Positions 17,712 to 24,790 of a stretch of 64,000 bases of DNA are shown one piece after another; within the stretch, counting starts at the first letter, position 1, and every line of letters starts with the position of its first letter. The notes under the pieces are model-generated. The model was not told where the DNA came from. It did not search any database and was given only the letters and a program-made list of their open reading frames with translations. The position numbers and the translations under genes were made by a program. Origin of the DNA: an uncultured Actinomycetes bacterium (GTDB lineage Bacteria > Actinomycetota > Thermoleophilia > Gaiellales > Gaiellaceae); the NCBI GenBank assembly GCA_963794055.1, contig CAWCCL010000013.1, positions 3,742 through 67,741 on the forward strand, read 5' to 3'.

Positions 17712-18821
17712 GTGTGTCGGCCCATGATCGGGATCGTCTTCGTCCTCCTGCTGCTCCTGGCTGCCCTCGCCGTCGGCGCCGTCTGGCTGGTCCGCGTGCT
17801 GCGGGCCGACCTGGCCGGCCTCCACGCGGAGAACGCCCACGAGCTGGCCGGGCGGAACGCGGACATCGACCGGCGCCTGGCCGGGATGACGGAGACGATG
17901 GACCGGCGGTTCGGCGAGCTCGACACCAAGGTCGACCGACGCCTTGGGGAGCTCGACGTCAAGGTCGACCGGCGCCTGGCCGGGATGACGGAGACGTCGG
18001 CGAAGATCGACGAGCGCCTCGGCAAGGTCGACGAGGCGACCGCGCAGATGAGCGAGCGCACGAAGGACTTCCAGCGCTTCGAGCAGCTGCTGCGCCCACC
18101 GAAGGCCCGCGGCGGCGTCGGCGAGATCCTGCTTGCCAACCTTCTCTCGGACATCCTGCCCGCGGCCAGGTTCGATCTCCAGCACGGTTTCCGAAGCGGC
18201 GAGCGCGTCGACGCCGTCATCCGGCTGAACGACGCCCTCATCCCCGTTGACGCGAAGTTCCCGCTCGACAACTTCCAGCGCCTCGTCGAAGCCGACGACG
18301 ACGCCGCGCGCGACCTGCACGCCAGGGCTCTCGCGCGGGACGTGAAGGGCCATGTGGACGCGATCGCGCAGAAGTACATCCGTCCGGACGAGGGCACCTA
18401 CGAGTTTGCGCTCATGTACCTCCCCGCCGAGGCGGTGTACTACGAGCTCGTCTGCAACCGCGTCGGCGGCGACGCGAACCCGCTCGACTACGCGCAAAAG
18501 CACAAGGTGATCCCGGTTTCGCCGTCGACGTTCCATGCGTACCTGCTCGTCCTCGTTCAGGGCCTCAAGGGGCTTCGGATCGAGGAGCACGCGAGCGAGG
18601 TAATGGCGTACGTCGCCGACCTGAACCGGGACTTCACCCGCTTCAAGGCGGACTTCGACCTCGTCGGCAAGCACCTCGGCAACGCGCAGACGAAGTACGC
18701 CGAGTCGGAGCGGCGCCTTTCGCGCTTCGACGCGAAGCTCGAGCAGGCTGTCGAGTCCGAGCTCCCCGAGGGCGAGGCCGTCGAGCTGGCCGAGCTCCCG
18801 CGCGTCATCGACGCGGCTTAA
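17712..18821 (+). CDS. rmuC: DNA recombination protein RmuC
   Basis: N-terminal TM segment, 11-residue coiled-coil repeats, and an RmuC core (..RGGVGEILL..VDAVI..IPVDAKFPL..MYLPAE..). An alternative start is ATG at 17724. Confidence 0.85.
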   Translation: MCRPMIGIVFVLLLLLAALAVGAVWLVRVLRADLAGLHAENAHELAGRNADIDRRLAGMTETMDRRFGELDTKVDRRLGELDVKVDRRLAGMTETSAKIDERLGKVDEATAQMSERTKDFQRFEQLLRPPKARGGVGEILLANLLSDILPAARFDLQHGFRSGERVDAVIRLNDALIPVDAKFPLDNFQRLVEADDDAARDLHARALARDVKGHVDAIAQKYIRPDEGTYEFALMYLPAEAVYYELVCNRVGGDANPLDYAQKHKVIPVSPSTFHAYLLVLVQGLKGLRIEEHASEVMAYVADLNRDFTRFKADFDLVGKHLGNAQTKYAESERRLSRFDAKLEQAVESELPEGEAVELAELPRVIDAA

Positions 18822-18860
18822 TCGGCCTCGAGGTTCCTATACTCGCAGTAAGGACGTTCC

Positions 18861-20759
18861 GTGGAATTCGGCTGGTTCTTCCTGTGGCTCGGCGTCGCGT
18901 TGCTCGGCCTCGGCTTGCTCTTGCTCCGGGCCTGGTGGCGCGAGCGCCGCTTTGCCGGCGCGGCACTGACGCTCTCCGCAGGCCTGCTCCTGGTCGCAGC
19001 GGCCGTCCAGCAGCTCTACATCTTCACGATGGCGGTCACGAACCGGTGGGAAGTCGACTCGACGCCGTTCAACACCCTCTCGATCGTCGCGGCCGGGCTC
19101 GCCACCGCGGTCTGGGTCGCGCTCGCCACCCGCCGCGGCCGCGAGAGCCTTCGGCGCGGCGCCTCTCGCCCGCAGCGGATCCAGGAGCTCGAGGTCCTCG
19201 GCGCGATCGCGCGTCTCAGCTCCCAGCCCGGGCCTGTGGAGCAGGTCGGCGGCGACATCCTCCGGGCCGCGGCCCCCGCCGTGGGCGCCGACGCGGCGGT
19301 ACTCCTCCTCTACGACCCCGATCATCGCCTGCTGACGGCCCAGGCGGCGAGCGGGATCCCCGAGGAGCTCTGGCGCACCTTCGAAATCGAGGTGAGCGAC
19401 GACTTCAACCAACGCCTGCTCGCCGAGGGGAGGCCGCTCGTCGTCAACGACGTCGCCAACGAGCGGCGCCTGAAGATGCAGCTCGCGCGCGCCCTCGGCG
19501 CGCGCAGCGCGCTCGTCGTCCCGATCCGCCACGAGGGCAATCCCGTGGGGACGCTGACGTTCTACGCCGTCACCGCTCCGCGGAGGTTCGACGGCGTCGC
19601 GCTCGCGCTCGCCGACCTGATCGCCAAGGAGGCCGGCGACGTCCTCGAGCGGACGAGGCTCCAGGAGGAGGTCCGTGAGGAGCGGGAGCGCGCGGAGCGC
19701 GTGCTGGCCCACGTCGGCGACGGCGTCTTCTTCGTGGACGGCGACGGCGTCGTCCGCCTCTGGAACCCGGCAGTCGCCGCGATCACCGGCCTGCCTCCGG
19801 ATGACGTCGTCGGCCGCCGCCCACTGGACGTGCTCCCGGGCTGGGCGGCGATCGAGCCCCTCGTACCGGTCGCGAGGGCGCCCGCGTACGCGGCGAAGCA
19901 CGCGGAGACGCTGCCGCTCGACCTGGGAGACCGAGAGCTCTGGATCTCCATCTCGGCGGTCCGGTTCCCCGACGGCACGGTGTACGCGCTGCGCGACTTG
20001 ACCGAGGAGCGGGGTATCGAGAAGCTGAAGAGCGAGTTCGTGGCAACCGTCTCGCACGAGCTGCGGACGCCCCTAGCGGCGGTCTACGGCGCGGCGATGA
20101 CGCTGCGCCGCCAGGACGTGGAGCTCGACGACGACCATCGCGGGCGGCTCCTGGCTGTGATCGCCGGCGAGTCCGACCGGCTGGCTCGGATCATCGAGCA
20201 GGTCCTCGCCGCGAGCTGGCTCGACTCGGGCAGCTTCGACTTCGCGGTCGAGCGCTGCGACCCCGGCCCGCTCGCGCTCGAGGTGGTCGAGGCCGCGCGC
20301 GCCCACTCCCCCGACGGGGTCGTCGTCGAACTTGCGCCCGACCACGACCTTCCGGCCGTCGCGGCCAACTCCGACATGCTGCGCCAGGTGCTCGCGAACC
20401 TCGTCGAGAACGCCGTGAAGTACTCACCCGCCGGAGGCCGCGTGCAGGTGTCGCTCGGCCGCCACGAGGGGCGCGTCCTCTTCGCCGTGCGCGACGAAGG
20501 CCTCGGCATCCCGCTGCGCGAGCAGGAGCGGATCTTCGAGAAGTTCTTCCGGCTCGACCCGAACCTCACGCGCGGCGTCGGCGGAACCGGGCTCGGGCTC
20601 TACATCTGCCGCGAGCTCGTCCGCCGGATGGGCGGCCGCATCTGGGTGGCCTCCCGCGACGGTGAAGGCTCGACGTTCTTCTTCGAGCTTCCTGCGGCCG
20701 GGCCCGAGGAGCAGCTCGGCGACGACATCCACGCAGCCGTCGAGGCCCGCCTGCCATAA
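18861..20759 (+). CDS. Membrane sensor histidine kinase (TM-GAF-PAS-HisKA-HATPase)
   Basis: H-box EFVATVSHELRTPL, N-box LVENAVKYSP and G-boxes DEGLGIP and GGTGLGLYI. GAF-like and PAS-like segments lie upstream. Confidence 0.85.
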   Translation: MEFGWFFLWLGVALLGLGLLLLRAWWRERRFAGAALTLSAGLLLVAAAVQQLYIFTMAVTNRWEVDSTPFNTLSIVAAGLATAVWVALATRRGRESLRRGASRPQRIQELEVLGAIARLSSQPGPVEQVGGDILRAAAPAVGADAAVLLLYDPDHRLLTAQAASGIPEELWRTFEIEVSDDFNQRLLAEGRPLVVNDVANERRLKMQLARALGARSALVVPIRHEGNPVGTLTFYAVTAPRRFDGVALALADLIAKEAGDVLERTRLQEEVREERERAERVLAHVGDGVFFVDGDGVVRLWNPAVAAITGLPPDDVVGRRPLDVLPGWAAIEPLVPVARAPAYAAKHAETLPLDLGDRELWISISAVRFPDGTVYALRDLTEERGIEKLKSEFVATVSHELRTPLAAVYGAAMTLRRQDVELDDDHRGRLLAVIAGESDRLARIIEQVLAASWLDSGSFDFAVERCDPGPLALEVVEAARAHSPDGVVVELAPDHDLPAVAANSDMLRQVLANLVENAVKYSPAGGRVQVSLGRHEGRVLFAVRDEGLGIPLREQERIFEKFFRLDPNLTRGVGGTGLGLYICRELVRRMGGRIWVASRDGEGSTFFFELPAAGPEEQLGDDIHAAVEARLP

Positions 20760-20762
20760 GCG

Positions 20763-21905
20763 TTAGAAACGCAGAAGCGCCCCGATGCCCTCCGCGGGCT
20801 CAAGGTCGTCGCTCTGGCGCACGGCGCAGACGGTGCCCCCGTGGGCGAGCGTCCGGTGGACGGCGAGGTCGAGCCCGTCCGTCGACTCCTCGAGCTGTGT
20901 GCCGTCGAGCGGGCACTTGGAGCCCTCCGCGGACAGGCGGCCGCAGGCGGGGCAGCGCTTCGCAACGCGGTTCGCGCCCTCGCGGAAGAGCAGGAGCTCG
21001 ACGCGGGCGTCGGAAACGGCCTCGAGCGTCGCCGCCCAGCCGGAGGAGGCGCGCCCGTTTCGGCCCAGCTCCTCGCTCCAGCGCTCGACGACCTCCCGCT
21101 CGCGCTCGGCCCGCCGGCGCTCGAGCGCCGGCGTCGCGGCGGCGAGGAGCTCCTTCGGCTGGGCGTGCGCCTCGGCGTGCGCAACGCCGGCGACGACCGC
21201 GCGGGCCTCCTGCGAGAGCAGTCCCTCGAGCTCGCCCCAGGTCTCCTCGTTGGCGATCACGACGACCTGCGGCTTGCGCAGCTCGCGGACGAAGCGGTCG
21301 AGCTCCTCGGCCACGCGCTTCAGGTGCTCGTGAACGTGCTCGTCGACGTGGCGCTGCAGGCGCGCCTGCGCCAGGCCGCCCTGGTCATGCCGCCTCGGCT
21401 GCTCCTCGTAGTAGTCGGCCAGGTCCTCCAGGCGGCCGGCCCGGAGGCGATAGAAGCGCCCCTGCTCCCGGCTCACAACGAGGACGAGCGCGCCCTCGCC
21501 GCGCCCGACGAGCGGGACGAGCGGAGCGAGGTAGAGCAGCTGGTCGACCTTGATCCCGTCGGGGACGACCTCGATCAGGGGCAGCGGGCGCCAGACGTTG
21601 TCGAGACTCGCGCAGAAGACGGCGAGCCCGTGCGCACCGTCACGGTCGAACTCGGCCTCGAAGTAGCGGCGGATGCGGTCGAAGTCCTCGCGAAGCCCGA
21701 GCCGCTGCTGGTGCGTGAGCTCGCCCTTCCTGCCGCCATTCTCCTTTGCGGCGCCGTCGAGCAGCGAGTTGAGCCGCGTGTGCGCGTCGCCCGCCGTCGG
21801 CACCATGCTCGGATCCAGGTCGAGGTAGACGCTGATCGCGAAGCCCTTTTCGGCCTCGATCCCCGCGAGATCGCGAAGGTCCTCCCAGGTGACGGTGCGT
21901 GCCAT
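20763..21905 (-). CDS. Bacterial eRF1-like (baeRF / Vms1-Ankzf1-type) protein with a C-terminal zinc ribbon
   Basis: 380 aa. N-terminus ...FAISVYLDLDPS..., a central ..RHDQGG..Q.R.. segment, and CPACGRLSAEGSKCPLDG near the C-terminus. The overall pattern matches the actinobacterial eRF1-domain proteins I recall. Confidence 0.55.
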   Translation of the reverse strand: MARTVTWEDLRDLAGIEAEKGFAISVYLDLDPSMVPTAGDAHTRLNSLLDGAAKENGGRKGELTHQQRLGLREDFDRIRRYFEAEFDRDGAHGLAVFCASLDNVWRPLPLIEVVPDGIKVDQLLYLAPLVPLVGRGEGALVLVVSREQGRFYRLRAGRLEDLADYYEEQPRRHDQGGLAQARLQRHVDEHVHEHLKRVAEELDRFVRELRKPQVVVIANEETWGELEGLLSQEARAVVAGVAHAEAHAQPKELLAAATPALERRRAEREREVVERWSEELGRNGRASSGWAATLEAVSDARVELLLFREGANRVAKRCPACGRLSAEGSKCPLDGTQLEESTDGLDLAVHRTLAHGGTVCAVRQSDDLEPAEGIGALLRF

Positions 21906-21984
21906 CCGGTTGCCCCTTGTAGGTTTCTCCTGAGGGGCTAGAAGCTACACGCTGGAACACGATCTCGACGGTGATCGTTAACGA

Positions 21985-22989
21985 ATGCAGACAGAGAACC
22001 CGACCGAGGTGAAGGAATTGAACGACACGGATGTGCGCGAAGTCATCGTCATCGGAGGAGCGGCCGCCGGATACACGGCTGCGCTCTACGCCGCGCGGGC
22101 GAACATGAGCCCGCTCGTTATCGAGGGCGTCAACTGGGGCGGTCAGCTCATGATCACGAGCGACGTCGAGAACTACCCTGGCTATTCGGGCGGCGTGCTC
22201 GGGCCGGAGATGATGCAGGACTTCCGCAAGCAGGCCGAGCGCTTCGGCGCGGAGTTCGTCACCGACGACGTGACGAAGGTGGACTTCTCCGAGCGGCCCT
22301 TCCGCGTCTGGGTCGGCGACGACGAGTACCGCGCCGAGAGCGTGATCGTGGCGACGGGAGCGAACGCGCGCCAGCTCGGGCTCCCGTCCGAGCGCGCGCT
22401 TCAGGGCCGCGGCGTCTCCTACTGCGCGGTCTGCGACGCCTCCTTCTTCCGCGACAAGGAGGTCGTGGTCGTCGGCGGCGGCGACTCCGCGATGGAGGAG
22501 GCAACGTTCCTCGCGAAGTTCGCCACGAAGGTGATCGTCGTGCACCGGCGGGACGTCTTCCGCGCCTCGCCGATCATGGTCGACCGCGCCCGCGCCACGG
22601 AGAAGATCGAGTTCGTAGTCGACTCGGTGGTGGAGGAGGTCATCGGCGACGACGTCGTCACCGGGGTCGTCGTCAGCAACGTGAAGACGGGCGAGCGCAC
22701 GGAGATCCCGGCCGACGCCCTCTTCGTCGCGATCGGGCACGATCCCAGCACGGAGCTCTTCAAGGGCCAGCTCGACACGGATCCAGCCTCCGGCTACCTG
22801 ATCACCAGGGGCAAGACCACCGAGACGAATGTCCCGGGTGTCTTCGCCGCCGGGGACGTGCAGGACAACGTGTACCGCCAGGCCGTGACCGCGGCGGGGT
22901 CCGGCTGCATGGCCGCGCTGGACTCGGAGCGGTGGCTGGCGGCGGAGCGCGGGCGGCTGCTCGACGCGCTGGCTGCGCCCCGCACCTAG
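21985..22989 (+). CDS. trxB: Thioredoxin-disulfide reductase
   Basis: GGAAAGYTAALYAAR, the redox CAVCD motif, GGGDSAMEEA and GVFAAGDV. Confidence 0.92.
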   Translation: MQTENPTEVKELNDTDVREVIVIGGAAAGYTAALYAARANMSPLVIEGVNWGGQLMITSDVENYPGYSGGVLGPEMMQDFRKQAERFGAEFVTDDVTKVDFSERPFRVWVGDDEYRAESVIVATGANARQLGLPSERALQGRGVSYCAVCDASFFRDKEVVVVGGGDSAMEEATFLAKFATKVIVVHRRDVFRASPIMVDRARATEKIEFVVDSVVEEVIGDDVVTGVVVSNVKTGERTEIPADALFVAIGHDPSTELFKGQLDTDPASGYLITRGKTTETNVPGVFAAGDVQDNVYRQAVTAAGSGCMAALDSERWLAAERGRLLDALAAPRT

Positions 22990-23011
22990 CGCCTCTCGCT
23001 AGCGTGTCTGG

Positions 23012-23455
23012 GTGCCCTACTTCATCTGCCCGAACTGCCGGAGGCGGTCGATCGACGACGACGGGATCGAGGGCCTCACCGGGCGCCCGGTCTCCTGCGC
23101 CAGCTGCGGCTTCGGCTTCCTCTTCGAGATCATTGACGACTACTACCCGGCTCCCGGAACCGGGTTCGTGGTCTGCAACAAGGAGGGCCGGATCATCGCG
23201 ACCGGTCAGGGGGTCTTCGAGCTGACCGGGTACCGCGAGGCCGACCTGCTCGGCCACGAGGTCATGGAGACGCTCTTCGAGCCGGAGGGCGACGGCCCGA
23301 CGCCGGCAGCGCTCGCCCTCGAGTACGGCGTCCGCCGCTTCGACCAGAAGCTGACCCTCCGCACGCGTGCGGGGGTCAAGAAGGTCGTCCGCGCCGACTT
23401 CTTCCCGGCGTACGACGAGGACGGCGGCCTCCTGGTCGCCCTCGCCCCCCGCTAG
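23012..23455 (+). CDS. Zinc-ribbon plus PAS-domain protein
   Basis: CPNC...CASC at the N-terminus, then a PAS-like core (..NKEGRIIATGQGVFELTGYREADLLGHEVMETL..). Confidence 0.6.
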   Translation: MPYFICPNCRRRSIDDDGIEGLTGRPVSCASCGFGFLFEIIDDYYPAPGTGFVVCNKEGRIIATGQGVFELTGYREADLLGHEVMETLFEPEGDGPTPAALALEYGVRRFDQKLTLRTRAGVKKVVRADFFPAYDEDGGLLVALAPR

Positions 23456-23573
23456 GCGACCGTTCATTCCCAGCGCCAGCGCCAGGCGGTGGTGCGGGCC
23501 TTCGCCGCGTCGAGCGCCCGCCGTAGGCCCGGCGTACGACGAAGACGGCGGCCTCCTCGTCGCCGTCGCCCCC
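23405..23573. repeat. 46-bp direct repeat duplicating the 3' end of the PAS gene
   Basis: 23405-23450 (CCGGCGTACGACGAGGACGGCGGCCTCCTGGTCGCCCTCGCCCCC...) recurs at 23528-23573 with about 3 mismatches. The copies are separated by 77 unrelated bp. Confidence 0.85.
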
Positions 23574-23593
23574 AACGTCCCCTCCAGCCACGT

Positions 23594-23660
23594 CTGGGGG
23601 TCAGGTCTTGCAATCACGCAAGGGACACGTCCGTTGCTGGAATGCAAGACCTGACCCCAG
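23594..23660. repeat. Long imperfect palindrome / extended hairpin between convergent genes
   Basis: CTGGGGGTCAGGTCTTGCA (23594-23612) pairs with TGCAAGACCTGACCCCAG (23643-23660) with one bulge. The 30-nt loop folds again (GCAAGGGA-CACG-TCCGTTGC). Confidence 0.8.
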
Positions 23661-23678
23661 GGCGTGTCTCTCGTGGGA

Positions 23679-24359
23679 CTAGACCCTGCTCGACGGGCAG
23701 AGGTCCGTGAGGACGCAGTGCTCGCAGCGCGGGCGGCGCGCGTCGCAGACTCGGCGGCCGTGCCAGATGAGGAGGTGCGGGAAGCGGGCCCACTCCTCGC
23801 GGGGGACGATGCGCATGAGGTCCCGCTCGACCTTGACCGGATCGTCGTGCTTGGTGAGGCCGAGACGCTGTGAGAGCCGGCGGACGTGCGTGTCCACGAC
23901 GATGCCCTGCGCCGCCCCGCGCTCCGCGGCGACCACGTTCGCGGTCTTTCGGCCGACGCCCGGGAGCCGGACGAGATCCTCGAGCCGCTCCGGTACCTGC
24001 CCGTCGTACTCCTCGATCAGCAGCGCCATCGCGCCCCGCAGGTTCTTAGCCTTCTGCCGGAACGTCCCCGTGGGACGGAGGTCGGCCTCGAGCTCCTCCA
24101 GGGGGACGGCGAGGTAGTCCTCGGGCCTTCGGTACTTCCTGAACAGCTTCTCGGTGACGCGGTTTACGGTCACGTCCGTCGTCTGCGCCGAGAGCATCAC
24201 CGAGATGACGAGCTCGACCGGGTCGCGGAAGCGAAGCGCGATGGTCGCGTCCGGGTGGGCCGCGGCGAGCCGGTCGACGATCTCACGAATCCGCTCGCGC
24301 TTAGGCGCGACGCGCTTCCGGGCCTCGCGGACGTAGCTACGCGGGCCGGCTCTCGCCAT
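23679..24359 (-). CDS. nth: Endonuclease III
   Basis: HhH-GPD motif (LPGVGRKTANVV) and the C-terminal Fe-S cluster CDARRPRCEHCVLTDLC. Confidence 0.92.
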   Translation of the reverse strand: MARAGPRSYVREARKRVAPKRERIREIVDRLAAAHPDATIALRFRDPVELVISVMLSAQTTDVTVNRVTEKLFRKYRRPEDYLAVPLEELEADLRPTGTFRQKAKNLRGAMALLIEEYDGQVPERLEDLVRLPGVGRKTANVVAAERGAAQGIVVDTHVRRLSQRLGLTKHDDPVKVERDLMRIVPREEWARFPHLLIWHGRRVCDARRPRCEHCVLTDLCPSSRV

Positions 24360-24384
24360 CCGGGGCGAGTTGTAGGTTGGCCGC

Positions 24385-24735
24385 GTGGCTCAGGACAAGC
24401 CTCGCAAGGATCCCCTCGAGCGCCGCACAATTTGGGTGTTCGTGCTGACGATCGTCGCGTTCGTGCTGCCGTCGATCGGCTTCTCCTTTGTCGGCGGCCC
24501 CGACTGGTGGAACGTCGCGCTCTGGATCGCGGGCGAGACGGCCGTCCTCTTCGCCATCGGCGCGGCCGGCGTCGCGCTGATGCCCCGCCGCACCATCCTC
24601 CCGGCCGTCGCGCAGCGGGACACTGCCGACCTTCTGTCCGTCGCGATCCTCCTGCTCTGGCTCGGATTCGCCTTCATGCTGATCAATCTCTCGATCGTCT
24701 CGATCGACGCCCTCGGCGATTCCGACTTCTACTAG
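24385..24735 (+). CDS. Small integral membrane protein, hypothetical
   Basis: 116 aa with three or four hydrophobic helices. Stop TAG is formed by the MITE end. Confidence 0.5.
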   Translation: MAQDKPRKDPLERRTIWVFVLTIVAFVLPSIGFSFVGGPDWWNVALWIAGETAVLFAIGAAGVALMPRRTILPAVAQRDTADLLSVAILLLWLGFAFMLINLSIVSIDALGDSDFY

Positions 24736-24790
24736 GAGGGTTTGGCGAAATGACGGCTGTGCCGAGCGACATTCCGCCAATCCCTCCTAG
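24732..24790. mobile_element. MITE-like element, copy C (59-bp internally deleted derivative)
   Basis: CTAGGAGGGTTTGGCGAAATGACGGCTGTGCCG|AGCGACATTCCGCCAATCCCTCCTAG is the two terminal arms of copies A and B joined without the central about 110 bp. It folds into a hairpin of about 20 bp. Confidence 0.8.
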
